56,630 nucleotides of DNA from Alphaproteobacteria bacterium (GCA_017436325.1 JAFSDI010000017.1:1-56630); one strand, 5' to 3'. Shown: positions 1-10,444, counted from the first letter of the stretch. Notes: a model not told the origin generated them from the letters alone. Program-made: numbers and translations.

Positions 1-136
1 TGTCAACCTTAGACGATATTGCGGTTGCGATTTGTGATGCGACCTGTTCGCGCATATATGCACTGGACGGGATGCTGGCGATTGCCGGCGCAGTTGTCGA
101 AATTAGTGTAAGCGTTAAAAAAATTGTTTTTTTCAT
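1..136 (-). CDS. exported protein, N-terminal fragment (gene continues past the window start)
   Basis: The ATG at 136-134 (reverse strand) is preceded by the SD GCAGGAGGG (complement of 142-150). The translation MKKTIFLTLTLISTTAPAIASIPSSAYMREQVASQ... is a typical signal peptide. The ORF is missing from the ORF track only because the window edge truncates it. Confidence 0.45.
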   Translation of the reverse strand, partial: MKKTIFLTLTLISTTAPAIASIPSSAYMREQVASQIATAISSKVD

Positions 137-167
137 TTGTGCCCTCCTGCTTGGTTGGTTGTTAATT

Positions 168-420
168 AAAAAACCACTGAAAGTCTTTCTTATTCAAGTG
201 GTCAGGAGGTTAACGACAATCTTTGGAATTGTGCTGCTTATTCAGTATATTCGCAAGCCCTCCTGACCCATATCGGTCAGGAGTTTGTTCATCGAATAAA
301 AAATAGCGCGAACCTGCGCCAATAAATTTTTATTCAGACGCCAAAGAGAGGTCGTTACACCCCAATACGATAGTTCAATCGTATCGAGTTTATTGTATAT
401 TTTTTTGTCTGATTGTGCAA
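168..420 (-). promoter_or_regulatory. structured leader RNA module, copy 4 of 4 (promoter + hairpins + long-range helix + terminator) upstream of the 1-136 gene
   Basis: The promoter is TTGCAC-N17-TACAAT (complement of 415-420 and 392-397). In the RNA sense, X is CUCCUGACC (276-284), Y is GGUCAGGAGGG (258-268), a UAUAC motif lies at about 245-250, Z is CCUCCUGACC (200-209), and the terminator is CCACUUGAA/UUUCAGUGG plus U6 (168-201). Z is also complementary to the SD at 142-150. The module is homologous in layout to 28952-29243 and 56244-56536. Confidence 0.6.
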
Positions 421-599
421 TAGAAAAATACTTGTAAAAAAAATTGTTTTTTATTTTGATATTATTTATTGATTATCGACATTTTGCATGTAGACGCACA
501 TATGTTTATATATACCTACATTTTTATAGGGATAATATAACATAATTTATATTTTCTTGACAAGATAAAAAATCTTTCACGATGCAAAACATTGAAATA

Positions 600-619
600 C
601 ACCGCCCAAATGGGCGGTG
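600..619 (-). terminator. hairpin downstream of the autotransporter gene
   Basis: The hairpin CACCGCCC-AAAT-GGGCGGTG (8-bp GC-rich stem) lies 14 nt past the stop at 633. The trailing sequence on the minus strand is U-rich but not a clean U-run. Confidence 0.45.
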
Positions 620-632
620 CGGTTATAGATAG

Positions 633-3600
633 TTAAAATTCATATCTGAAATTTAAACGACCTGTTTGCGAGGTATAATCTTCGCGTGCTTCGATATCAT
701 AATTTAATGACATCTCTAGCCCCATATAATTCATACCGATACCAATACCAACTTCGTTCGCAATACGTGACAGACGTTCGCCACTTAATATATACGAATT
801 TACACCAGGCATCGTGACAACTATATCATTGTGGTCGGATATTAAATCGTACTTTAATGCATAACGAAGCTGTGGACGAATAATCCAACCGTTGTACATA
901 TAGATATCAAATTCATAACGTGTACCAAGCGATGCTGTTAAATAATTAGCATTGTCAAACTTGTTGCTGATACCCAATGAATTAGTGTAATCAGATGAAT
1001 CTAGGTACATATATTGCAAGGATAATTCCGGTGTAAGACCACCAAGAAATTCATACCCTGCGGCAACGCGCGCACCAAACGTATCAACATCATAATCCGA
1101 TGTTATACCAATGCCAAAGGCATTACCGTCTTCGTGATAATCTGCCATAGTATAATTCAATATCGCGTCCATATACCAGACACTTGGCTGATAATGACCA
1201 TAGATAAAGATACTTGATGAATCTATGTCCGTATCACGTGTAGCGCCTGAAATATCTGAGTGCGAATACATATAACCAGCACCTAAGGTCAAATCATCGG
1301 CAAACATTCTGTCAAAACCAACGGCAATACCGCGAGTGTAGCCATTAAATGCACTGCTATGTTTTGACTTGTTATACAGTCCCTGGGCCCAGATGCCACC
1401 AAATTCGACATCTGCATCACCGCCACTGCGACCAATGCCTGCCAACATCATACGATCTAAAACTAATGATGAAAGCGCGTTTTGCGTGTATACGCTGGCA
1501 GACTGTGCAACAAAGTTTTTTTCTGGGTTTATTGCAGCGCCCGCTTCTTCAACAGCAGCAATATCTGATGCTGTGCCAGAAGCTAGTTTTTCTTGGAATA
1601 TTACCGATAAGTCATTTAGACGAACAGACGAAGATTCTGATGAACTTGAAATTACACGCGCAGTTTCTGGTGTAATATTATTCTGTGACGCAATATCTTC
1701 AACAGATTTTATGGTCGCGGTCACATCGCCACCAGACCAGGTCAAATCATAAATCGAACTGACAATATCAATATTGTTAAATGTCTGATTGCCAAAGACG
1801 TGAAATATACCAGCCTTGTCCAAAGATAACTTTAATGTACCAGTGCCTGTAAAACCACCGTCATCATTCACTGTAATCTGTGCTGTATCCCCGCTGCGCA
1901 ATGTCGCCAACATCGTACCATCAAGAACTATTGAGCCCTGAGTTATATCACTGCTGCCGATATCCATCGTTGCACCAGTCGCGATATTTAGTATACCACC
2001 GCCTGTGATGCCGCCACTGAAAACAGAATCCGCGTTAAGGTTAATAGTTCCATCGTTGTGAATGTCATTCTGCACACCGTTTGCAGTGTTACCTTTAAAT
2101 GTTGCAGAACCGTTAAAGGTAACTGTATCATTATTATAAATCGCACCACCATAACCACCAGACGTGTTGTTCGTAAATGATACGTCATTATTAAATACTA
2201 TTGTTGATGTGCCTGTTGTGCCACCAGATGACGATACATAATTCCATATCGCACCGCCATCCAAGGTCGATGTATTTTTATTAAAATATGTCGAACCATT
2301 TATTGTAATATCAGAATCTTGACCAGAACCATCAAATGCACGCGCAACTATCGCACCACCATAGGCACCAGAACTGTTAGAATCAAAACGATTTATACTG
2401 TCTGCATCACCAATAACTAATGTTGCCGTTCCTGTATTGCCACGATTATGTATTGCGCCACCACCGCTTTTGGTCGCACCTGTATCATTGGCGATATTAC
2501 CTTGAAACGTATTTTGGGCACCTGTAATATTTAAATCACCGGCATTAAATATTGCACCACCATAACCACTGGCCGACTTATTACCTGTAAAAGATATATC
2601 TGATGCAGATAATGTTACAGTACCACCATTATCAAATGCACCGGCACTGTTGCTGGTCTGGTTTGCAGCAAACAAGATATTTCCAGTCGTATCTAATGAA
2701 ACAGAACCGCTATTCTTTAGGCCACCGCCATTGCTGCCACTGTTATTTGAAAAAATAAAATCACCAGATGTACCAATAATATTTCCCCTGTTTACCAAAG
2801 AACCATTTAAACTGTTTGTATTATCAGAAAATGTCGCACCATCGGAAAATGACACTGTTGCACTTGTAGAATTATTTAATAATGTACCAACACCAGTATT
2901 GCTGGAAAATGTCGCACTGTCTTTAAAGGTTAAACTGGACATCGCTTCGCCGATATATATCGCAGATGCACCTGATGCGACATTATTGCTGAAAGTCGCA
3001 GACTGTGCAAAAGTAGTATTACCGCCCATAATAGCAAGTGCACCACCACTTTTACCGGCGCTGTTACTGTCAAAACTTGCAGCACCATTAAATATCATAT
3101 CGCCAGCAGACATAATCGCACCACCCTGAGATGCTGATTCATTGCCAATAAAATTTGCATCGCCCGCAAAAACAATCATACCATTTCTGTGATTTATCGC
3201 ACCACCACCTGCATATACCCCATTCATACTTTCTGTAACTTGGTTATTACTGAAAGTCACAGAATCAGTAAATAATATATCTGGTGATGTTGCATTGCCA
3301 AGACCATAATTAAATATCGCACCACCACCATTGTTATTGTTGGTGGAATTATTTTCAAAGTTCGCAGAACCATTAAATATAATCTTGCCACCTTGTGTAT
3401 AACCAACACCAGACAATGATGATAGCCAGCCATTACCAATAACGCCACCCATACCGCCGTTATTCAGCGAATTTCCTGAAAAACTGCTGTCGCCATTAAA
3501 AACTAAATAGACACTTGGTACATCCTGCATATAAAAAACACCACCGTTGTTCGCAGTTGTCGAAGCAATGTTTTCTGCGACTAAATCTGTATACGTTGTG

Positions 3601-3710
3601 TTGGTATCAATAACTTGACGCGCTGTAATTGTTTCTGAGAACGCAGGCATAACCAATAATGCTGGCAATACAGACACACCCAGAAGTTTAGTATAAAAAT
3701 TGTTTTTCAT
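633..3710 (-). CDS. autotransporter outer-membrane protein with Pmp-type (GGAI / FxxN) passenger repeats
   Basis: The track ORF is 633-3785. I moved the start to the ATG at 3710, which has an AAGGA SD just upstream and is followed by the signal peptide MKNNFYTKLLGVSVLPALLVMPAFSE. The passenger domain carries many GGAI-type repeats (GGGAIFN, GGGAINH, QGGAIMS, YGGAIFN, GGGAIHN, YGGAIVA, DGGAIWN, YGGAIYN). The C-terminal beta-barrel-like domain ends in ...RLNFRYEF. Confidence 0.8.
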   Translation of the reverse strand: MKNNFYTKLLGVSVLPALLVMPAFSETITARQVIDTNTTYTDLVAENIASTTANNGGVFYMQDVPSVYLVFNGDSSFSGNSLNNGGMGGVIGNGWLSSLSGVGYTQGGKIIFNGSANFENNSTNNNNGGGAIFNYGLGNATSPDILFTDSVTFSNNQVTESMNGVYAGGGAINHRNGMIVFAGDANFIGNESASQGGAIMSAGDMIFNGAASFDSNSAGKSGGALAIMGGNTTFAQSATFSNNVASGASAIYIGEAMSSLTFKDSATFSSNTGVGTLLNNSTSATVSFSDGATFSDNTNSLNGSLVNRGNIIGTSGDFIFSNNSGSNGGGLKNSGSVSLDTTGNILFAANQTSNSAGAFDNGGTVTLSASDISFTGNKSASGYGGAIFNAGDLNITGAQNTFQGNIANDTGATKSGGGAIHNRGNTGTATLVIGDADSINRFDSNSSGAYGGAIVARAFDGSGQDSDITINGSTYFNKNTSTLDGGAIWNYVSSSGGTTGTSTIVFNNDVSFTNNTSGGYGGAIYNNDTVTFNGSATFKGNTANGVQNDIHNDGTINLNADSVFSGGITGGGILNIATGATMDIGSSDITQGSIVLDGTMLATLRSGDTAQITVNDDGGFTGTGTLKLSLDKAGIFHVFGNQTFNNIDIVSSIYDLTWSGGDVTATIKSVEDIASQNNITPETARVISSSSESSSVRLNDLSVIFQEKLASGTASDIAAVEEAGAAINPEKNFVAQSASVYTQNALSSLVLDRMMLAGIGRSGGDADVEFGGIWAQGLYNKSKHSSAFNGYTRGIAVGFDRMFADDLTLGAGYMYSHSDISGATRDTDIDSSSIFIYGHYQPSVWYMDAILNYTMADYHEDGNAFGIGITSDYDVDTFGARVAAGYEFLGGLTPELSLQYMYLDSSDYTNSLGISNKFDNANYLTASLGTRYEFDIYMYNGWIIRPQLRYALKYDLISDHNDIVVTMPGVNSYILSGERLSRIANEVGIGIGMNYMGLEMSLNYDIEAREDYTSQTGRLNFRYEF

Positions 3711-3858
3711 GTATATCCTTTTTTTTGCTTGTACATTTTTAGATATACAACTTGTGTAAAAAAAAATAACTAGGTTCGTTTTCACAACCTAGTTATTAAG
3801 ATAAATTTTATAAAATTATTAAGACATTTCAATTAACATAATAAATAAATTATGTTAC

Positions 3859-4590
3859 TTAACGAGTGTTTTGTCTTAGTACTTTTTGTGCCGCGTTATA
3901 AGTAATGGTTCCAGGCACAAAATCCATAACAAATCTGTCGACTATTTCTGTTGGGAAACCGCCGACAAGTAGTGCGTCCAAGAATAATAATGATGTATTT
4001 GGATGCGATTTTAAGTATTTACGCATACTGTCAACAACAATTTCAGATTCGACATCTGTTAAAGAATCACCTTCTGTTAATTTTTTTGCCAAATCAGGAT
4101 ATTCTGTTGCCAAAGATTTCATTATATTGCCTAAACTTGGGCCTAATTTCGCCAAGGTATCGTTTAATTTCGTATTCAATTCCTTGTTTGATAATGTTTT
4201 TGCTATTAATTTCTTGGTCACAATATTTGCGCCAGCACCAAACAATAAAGCCAATACGAAAATAGAAAAGGAATGTGACACTATATTAAATTGTTTCTCT
4301 GTCCAATATTGTTGGAATAATATGGTTTTGTATTCCCCGTTATCGTTATAAAAATATGTACTGTCAATAAAGTTAATCATTGCAGCAGAAAGTATAATAA
4401 ACGTTCCACGAGTAGCCAATGAAACCTTTTCATAAAAAGGCATTTTTAAACGGCTGCCATCATTTTTGTGGATTATTTCTTCGTATACATAATGTGCGTG
4501 CGGATCAAAAAACGAACGGTTTGTTTCCGCTTTTTTTTCTGCAAGCACTTCACGACTTTGCGCAAATTTATTTTTTTTCTTGTTTAACAT
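3859..4590 (-). CDS. hypothetical membrane protein (two predicted TM segments)
   Basis: The track ORF is 3859-4644. I moved the start to the ATG at 4590 (MLNKKKNKF...), which has an AAGGA SD upstream. Two hydrophobic stretches are present (GTFIILSAAMINF, FSIFVLALLFGAGANIV). No family was recognised. Confidence 0.5.
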   Translation of the reverse strand: MLNKKKNKFAQSREVLAEKKAETNRSFFDPHAHYVYEEIIHKNDGSRLKMPFYEKVSLATRGTFIILSAAMINFIDSTYFYNDNGEYKTILFQQYWTEKQFNIVSHSFSIFVLALLFGAGANIVTKKLIAKTLSNKELNTKLNDTLAKLGPSLGNIMKSLATEYPDLAKKLTEGDSLTDVESEIVVDSMRKYLKSHPNTSLLFLDALLVGGFPTEIVDRFVMDFVPGTITYNAAQKVLRQNTR

Positions 4591-4711
4591 ATACAATCCT
4601 TTTTGATTATCAATTTGTTTATCACATATATAAATATAATACATATTTTTATTTTGTCAATTGTTTTTTCTATTTTTTAGACTGTATTCTGATGTTATTA
4701 GTTTCGATATA

Positions 4712-5539
4712 TTATTCATCTAGTGCCAGAATAAATATCCCCAACTTATCAGCCTGCTTAATCACGTTTTCTTTATCAACAACAAAACAGGTTTTTGTAT
4801 TAACAACAATCCCACGCAAATGCGCAGCCGCAACAGCATTAACCGTATCAACACCAATCGCAGGTATATCAATCCGTAAATCCTGATTCGGCTTTGTCAT
4901 CTTGGCAAAAACACCGCTTGATTTTTTTACCTTTTGACGCATTTGCACAATGCGTTCCAGCATACGTGCCGTGCCTTCGGCTGCTTCTACCCCCAGAACA
5001 TGCGTGTCAACAACAACAGATGCACCAATATCTGCAGCACCGATTAGATGCGAAACCTCTATCGCGCGCGCTATATTTTTTTCATCAGATTTGGTTGGTT
5101 TGCGCTTTGTTTGTACACCTGAAACTTCAAATGTTAATTCTGGTGCTAAATCTTGTGCAGCAACAATTTCAAATCCTTGGTCTTCAAGAACCTTGTTAAA
5201 TGCAACAGCCATCGAATCATACCCCCGTTGATGTTTTATTATTTTTAATAGTGTTCGTAATGTCCAAAAATCAGGACGTAAATCAGATAAATTAGGATGC
5301 CCCAATGAACCAACAAATACAACCTTGGTTATGCCACGACTGCGCACCGCACGTACCGCACGCCCTGCCCCGCCAAGACGAATTACCATATCCGGATTCA
5401 GGCGCATATCTACAAAATTTTTTAGTCCTATGATAAATACGTCCCAACCTGCCCTGCGTAATGCATCACGCGTAAAAAAAGGCAGATCTAATGCGCCGGC
5501 AACCAATGCTATCTTTTTATCAGTTTTTTTTGCGTTCAT
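4712..5539 (-). CDS. lpxI: UDP-2,3-diacylglucosamine pyrophosphatase LpxI-like (DUF1009 family)
   Basis: The N-terminus KIALVAGALDLPFFTRDALRRAGWDVFIIGL and the C-terminal ...AAEGTARMLERI...KPNQDLRIDIPAIGVDTVNAVAAAHLRGIVVN match my recollection of LpxI layout. LpxI is the lipid A enzyme typical of alphaproteobacteria. Confidence 0.65.
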   Translation of the reverse strand: MNAKKTDKKIALVAGALDLPFFTRDALRRAGWDVFIIGLKNFVDMRLNPDMVIRLGGAGRAVRAVRSRGITKVVFVGSLGHPNLSDLRPDFWTLRTLLKIIKHQRGYDSMAVAFNKVLEDQGFEIVAAQDLAPELTFEVSGVQTKRKPTKSDEKNIARAIEVSHLIGAADIGASVVVDTHVLGVEAAEGTARMLERIVQMRQKVKKSSGVFAKMTKPNQDLRIDIPAIGVDTVNAVAAAHLRGIVVNTKTCFVVDKENVIKQADKLGIFILALDE

Positions 5540-5627
5540 ATTTTATATGGTACGAATAAATCAAACTGGAATCAAGTTACAATTTATGATAAAATTAACT
5601 AAACGATAGTATTTATAGGTTAAAAAA

Positions 5628-6398
5628 ATGAAAAAAATATCTTATTTTTCTTTAGTCGTATTCGCATTATTGAACTCTGCTGCGAATGCGTCATATGATG
5701 ATGATAAATTCAAGGCAGAAATTGCTGATGGACTGGATTTAGTCGTTGCAGAAGATACCGCAATATTTATCCAAGATGATGCACCAGGTGAACTGGGGCG
5801 CGAAGTTTATGAAATCGCAGACGCTGTTAATCCTGATGATACAAGATTGTTCATACCAACAACACACTATTTGCGTATGGGTGCCGGAATTAATATAGGT
5901 GACGCGTCATCCAAGGCGCTTTATAATGGTGCAAAATTTAGTTTATCAGACAGCTATTCTGTGCAAATTGGATTAGGTTGGAACCTGTCGTCTTATGTGC
6001 GCGCAGAATTAGACTTGCAGATGTCTGAATTTACGTTTTCTGGTCTGGACAACCTGCAGGCGACACAACATACAATTGATGGAATGTTGTACTTTGATTT
6101 TGCACGCAGATATGTGCAAATGGGGGACATCACAAAACGAAGAACTTTTGTTCCTTATATGGGAATCGGCGCAGGATTTGGTACATTTGATTACCAAGGA
6201 TATGATGGCAAAGACGGTTTAATGATTGCAACACCACAAGTCGCATTAGGTATTAACTTTATGCTGACAGACTTAATCGGTATCGATGTTATGTATCAAT
6301 ATAAAATGCTTGTCAGTAATGGCTTTGGATGGGGGGCAGAAACACTGGATATCAATAACATAAGTAATATTATGACATCTATACGTATGAACTTTTAA
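5628..6398 (+). CDS. small outer-membrane beta-barrel protein (OmpA-like barrel / porin-family surface antigen)
   Basis: The signal peptide is MKKISYFSLVVFALLNSAANA. The sequence shows an alternating amphipathic pattern and ends in ...SIRMNF, with the terminal Phe typical of OMPs. Confidence 0.6.
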   Translation: MKKISYFSLVVFALLNSAANASYDDDKFKAEIADGLDLVVAEDTAIFIQDDAPGELGREVYEIADAVNPDDTRLFIPTTHYLRMGAGINIGDASSKALYNGAKFSLSDSYSVQIGLGWNLSSYVRAELDLQMSEFTFSGLDNLQATQHTIDGMLYFDFARRYVQMGDITKRRTFVPYMGIGAGFGTFDYQGYDGKDGLMIATPQVALGINFMLTDLIGIDVMYQYKMLVSNGFGWGAETLDINNISNIMTSIRMNF

Positions 6399-6415
6399 TA
6401 AACAAGGCAAATAAA

Positions 6416-7054
6416 ATGAAAGCAAAATTACTATTTACACTTGTCTGTATTGCACCAATGACTGTGAATGCAGCAATACCATATCGTGTCGAACAAGTTA
6501 AAATGCCAACCGTTCAAGAAAATGAAACTTATGCCAGTGAACATAGATTCTATATCGGCGGAATGTACAACCTGTCTTTGTGGCAAGATTATACAAACGA
6601 TGCTAATTTGGCAATTAACGGCAAAAGCAGTAAAAACTTTGAGGGGCTGGTTGGTATGCGAATTTTTGATACCTTCAGAATGGAATTAAACTATATACAC
6701 CAAACAGCCAAATGGAATCAATTGAAATTCGACAGCGAAACAATATTGGCCAATGCAATAATTGATGCAAGAATTGACAGTTTATATCGAATCTTAAGAA
6801 ACCAAATGATTATGCCTTATGTCGGGATTGGCGCTGGCGCAGCATGGAACTTTGGCAGCGATGGCACACAGGTAACAAAAAAAATATCACCTGTTGTCGC
6901 TGCAATGGCGGGTATCAGCGTTGAATTCAACCCTATATTCGCACTAGATTTTGGATACAGATATTTATATATGTTCAGCCAGAAAAACAATGTTATGCCA
7001 GAATTTAACCCATCTGCACACCAATTTCGTATAGGGGCAAGGGTCGGCTTTTGA
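6416..7054 (+). CDS. small outer-membrane beta-barrel protein, paralogue-like neighbour of 5628-6398
   Basis: The signal peptide is MKAKLLFTLVCIAPMTVNA and the C-terminus is ...FRIGARVGF. It shares the motif P-Y-[MV]-GIGAG with the upstream gene (VPYMGIGAGFG versus MPYVGIGAGAA). Confidence 0.6.
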   Translation: MKAKLLFTLVCIAPMTVNAAIPYRVEQVKMPTVQENETYASEHRFYIGGMYNLSLWQDYTNDANLAINGKSSKNFEGLVGMRIFDTFRMELNYIHQTAKWNQLKFDSETILANAIIDARIDSLYRILRNQMIMPYVGIGAGAAWNFGSDGTQVTKKISPVVAAMAGISVEFNPIFALDFGYRYLYMFSQKNNVMPEFNPSAHQFRIGARVGF

Positions 7055-7070
7055 TTAGGTGTATATAAAT

Positions 7071-7994
7071 ATGAATAAATGCCCATTCTTTGAAAAATGC
7101 GGTGGATGTATGTTTGATTTTACAGCCACAGACTATAAAAAACAAAAATTAAACACAATTAATAAAATTCCTGTAACCGACCAACCAATATGGTTGGAAC
7201 CAGGTAATCGCAGACGTGCAGATTTTGCATTTTCTGGGGGAAAGTTCGGACTGTTTGAATCAAAAACAAAGAATATAATCCCAATCAGCAAATGCCCAAA
7301 CCTGACACAAGAAATCAATGACATTTTATCAAAACTTATAAAACTGCCTTGGGTTGGAACCGGCGCATGCCTGATTACAAAATGCGACAACGGTATTGAT
7401 GTCGCAATAACATCTGATGTGCCGTACTTTTCTGCGGAATTTAAAAACGCAATCGCAACACTGACTGTTGTTAGAGCAACCTGGAACAATAAAGTCATTA
7501 TACAAAATAAAAAACCAATTATTTCATTTGGAAATACCACTGTCGAATATCCAGCAAACGCATTTCTGCAACCAAGTATTTTTAGCGCGGATATTATGCG
7601 TAAAATGGTCAAAGAATATACAACTGATTTTAAACGAATCGCTGATTTATTCTGTGGACTGGGAAATTTTACATTCGAAACAAATGCTGATGGATTCGAC
7701 CTTGTTGGCACAGGTAATAAACGCGATTTATTTAAAAAACCATTAAGTACCGCAATGCTAAACCAATACGACTGTGTAATAATGGACCCACCGCGTGCAG
7801 GTGCACTGGCACAAACAAAAGAAATCGCAGACAGTAATGTAAGACGCGTGATTTATATTTCCTGCAATCCTGATACTTTTATGCGAGATAAAAAAATTCT
7901 GGAAAAAGGCTGGTATAAAAATATAAAACTTATTCCAATAGACCAATTTGTCGGCAGCAGCCATTGGGAACTATTTTCCGTATTCGATAAATAA
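7071..7994 (+). CDS. RNA (uracil-C5)-methyltransferase, RlmD/TrmA family (no TRAM domain)
   Basis: An Fe-S-type Cys cluster (CPFFEKCGGCMFDF ... SKCPNL) is present, together with the SAM-MTase motifs DPPRAG and YISCNP (catalytic Cys). The track ORF starts at a GTG at 7059; the ATG at 7071 is preferred. Confidence 0.7.
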   Translation: MNKCPFFEKCGGCMFDFTATDYKKQKLNTINKIPVTDQPIWLEPGNRRRADFAFSGGKFGLFESKTKNIIPISKCPNLTQEINDILSKLIKLPWVGTGACLITKCDNGIDVAITSDVPYFSAEFKNAIATLTVVRATWNNKVIIQNKKPIISFGNTTVEYPANAFLQPSIFSADIMRKMVKEYTTDFKRIADLFCGLGNFTFETNADGFDLVGTGNKRDLFKKPLSTAMLNQYDCVIMDPPRAGALAQTKEIADSNVRRVIYISCNPDTFMRDKKILEKGWYKNIKLIPIDQFVGSSHWELFSVFDK

Positions 7995-8019
7995 AATTGC
8001 GCCCCAAAAGGCGCATTAT

Positions 8020-10251
8020 TCATTTTCCAAATTTTCCACTGCGCGGAAATCCAACCGGAACAGTACGCCCCTGTGATGCGCGCTTAGCACGCCATGGCGC
8101 CCAGTCATCCAACTTTGTCGTGCCACGACCAGTCGTCCATCCAAATCCATCAGCGGCATTAAAGAACATAACATCAAGAACATATGTTCGTTCAGCATTG
8201 TATTTTTGTAAAATTACACCCTTGCCACGCGACATCTGCGGAATTTCATCTGTGGCAAATATTAATAACTTGTCATTAGAACCAGACATCGCAATACTGT
8301 CACCAGAAACCATAACGCACATATGTGCAGGATTTTTTGGGTCTGTGTTCATAACCTGTTTACCGTTCTTGGTTTGCGCAACACACGCATCGCCAGTTAT
8401 TACAAAGCCGTTACCATGTCGCGAAACAAGTAAATATTTTGCATTCACATCAAGAACAAACGCATGAACTATTTCTTCATCTGCGCCAATATCAGCCATC
8501 ATACGAACAGATTCACCAAAACCGCGCGCAGACGGTAATTCATTCGCAGATAATGTGAACATTTTGCCACCAGATGCAAATAAATTAATTTTATCCGTTG
8601 ATTGTGCATGAAACGCAGTTTGCAATTCATCCCCTTCTTTGAACTTTAAATCCAGCGCACCTAAATCAAGATGCCCCTTGGCCGCACGTATCCAGCCCAT
8701 CGTAGATAATATAATTGTCAAAGGTTCTTTTTCTATGAATTCATCCGCATTTACGACAAGTTCTTCGGTCTGCACCGCCCAGGTCGTGCGACGACGACCA
8801 AGTTTTGTCTTTTTATCGTAAGTAGTTTTTATATCATTAAACCATGCTTTTAATTGCTGATTTTGTGTTTCTTCACTGGCTAATAATGCCTGCAGCTGTG
8901 CCTGTTCTTCCCGCAGGGCGGCATCTTCGCGCTTTATTTCCATCTCTTCCAATTTGCGCAATGAACGCAGACGAGTGTTTAATATTGCCTCTACCTGAAT
9001 TTCTGACAAATTAAATTCTGACATCAAAACAGATTTCGCATCGTCTTCGTTACGAATTATCTCTATTACACGGTCTAAATTTAAATAAACAACCAGCAAA
9101 CCACCCAAAATTTCAAGCCGGCGGGCAATATTCGTCAAACGCCAATTCGTGCGCCGACATAATACAGACTTTTGATGCGCAACAAATTCACGCAATACAT
9201 CACCAATCCCCATAACACGTGGCGCGCCATTGGAATCAATAACGTTGAAATTCATATTAAAACGATATTCCAAATCAGTCAGTGCAAATAAATGCGCCAT
9301 CATCTTGTCAGCCGGAATATTGCGCGATTTTGGTGTAATAACAATACGAACATCAGTTGTAGATTCATCTATTATATCATCAACCAAAGGTAACTTTTTG
9401 CCATCAATTAATGCACCAATCTGTTCAACTAATTTTGACTTTACAATACCATACGGAATTTCAGTAACAACAACCTGCCAACCACCACGTTCAAGATTTT
9501 CTATTTCCCAACGGGCACGTATGCGAAATGCACCGCGACCAGTATCATAGTTCTTGACAATCGTATCAAAATTATCAATCAAAACGCCACCCGTTGGAAA
9601 ATCAGGACCGACCATTTTTTTGATAATTTGCGCAGTTGTCGCATCAGGGTTGTCAACAACTAGGTTTAAAGCATCACAAACCTCTGCCACGTTGTGGGTC
9701 GGTATGTTCGTCGCCATACCAACCGCAATACCCATTCCACCATTGGCTAATAAATTCGGAAACGCACCAGGCATAACAACAGGCTCAACAGTTGTGCCAT
9801 CAAAGTTTGGCATCATATCAACACTGTCTTCATCCAAACCTTCCATAATCAACATAGCCGCAGAAGTCATTTTGGATTCTGTATATCGATATGCCGCCTG
9901 AGGATCACCATCAATGTTACCAAAATTCCCCTGACCATCAATCAAAGGATAACGAACAGAAAAATCCTGAGCCAGACGTACCATCGCGTCATAAACAGAA
10001 CTGTCACCGTGCGGATGATAATGCCCCAATACATCACCAACAACTGTTGCGCACTTTCTGAACGCCGCATTAGGTGCCAATCGCTGACGAAGCATAGAAT
10101 ATAAAATTCGGCGATGTACAGGCTTTAACCCATCGCGCACATCAGGCAATGCACGTGATACAATCGTGCTGACCGCATAAGATAAATAACGTTCTGATAA
10201 TGCATCAGATAGTTGCTGTGATTCAATGTTTTCAATAAATTCTTTTCCCAT
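8020..10251 (-). CDS. parC: DNA topoisomerase IV subunit A
   Basis: The motif [34 protein letters not shown]...HPHGD matches the GyrA/ParC N-terminal domain. A length of about 745 aa fits ParC rather than GyrA. The track ORF starts at a TTG at 10260; the first ATG is at 10251. Confidence 0.85.
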   Translation of the reverse strand: MGKEFIENIESQQLSDALSERYLSYAVSTIVSRALPDVRDGLKPVHRRILYSMLRQRLAPNAAFRKCATVVGDVLGHYHPHGDSSVYDAMVRLAQDFSVRYPLIDGQGNFGNIDGDPQAAYRYTESKMTSAAMLIMEGLDEDSVDMMPNFDGTTVEPVVMPGAFPNLLANGGMGIAVGMATNIPTHNVAEVCDALNLVVDNPDATTAQIIKKMVGPDFPTGGVLIDNFDTIVKNYDTGRGAFRIRARWEIENLERGGWQVVVTEIPYGIVKSKLVEQIGALIDGKKLPLVDDIIDESTTDVRIVITPKSRNIPADKMMAHLFALTDLEYRFNMNFNVIDSNGAPRVMGIGDVLREFVAHQKSVLCRRTNWRLTNIARRLEILGGLLVVYLNLDRVIEIIRNEDDAKSVLMSEFNLSEIQVEAILNTRLRSLRKLEEMEIKREDAALREEQAQLQALLASEETQNQQLKAWFNDIKTTYDKKTKLGRRRTTWAVQTEELVVNADEFIEKEPLTIILSTMGWIRAAKGHLDLGALDLKFKEGDELQTAFHAQSTDKINLFASGGKMFTLSANELPSARGFGESVRMMADIGADEEIVHAFVLDVNAKYLLVSRHGNGFVITGDACVAQTKNGKQVMNTDPKNPAHMCVMVSGDSIAMSGSNDKLLIFATDEIPQMSRGKGVILQKYNAERTYVLDVMFFNAADGFGWTTGRGTTKLDDWAPWRAKRASQGRTVPVGFPRSGKFGK

Positions 10252-10410
10252 AATGTTCAAAATTTAAAACATTTGAAAAAAAATAACAACAGAAAAAAAT
10301 TAGATTTATTTTTAACATATTAATAATAATAAATACTGCCAAGGAATAAGCATAAAAAAAAACACATCATTGATAATTGATATACGACAACACCGTAAAG
10401 ATGACTGAAC

Positions 10411-10444
10411 AAAAAAAAATTCCCCCAATCGGGGAAATTTTTTA
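10411..10444 (-). terminator. rho-independent terminator after rpmA (bidirectional shape)
   Basis: The hairpin TTCCCC-CAATC-GGGGAA (10420-10436) is flanked by an A9 run and a T-run. It lies immediately downstream of the rpmA stop on the minus strand. Confidence 0.7.

Noticed and set aside
72-266. 64-aa plus-strand ORF at the window start
   Set aside because: It overlaps the better-supported minus-strand gene start (SD plus signal peptide at 136) and the leader RNA copy 4. It has no SD and its product is hydrophobic and low-complexity.
1349-3129. Plus-strand ORFs 1349-1675, 1369-1752 and 2650-3129, antisense to the autotransporter
   Set aside because: These are shadow ORFs created by the repetitive, Gly/Asn/Thr-codon-rich passenger domain. 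They have no SD, and the minus-strand ORF is continuous for more than 1000 codons with clear domain logic.
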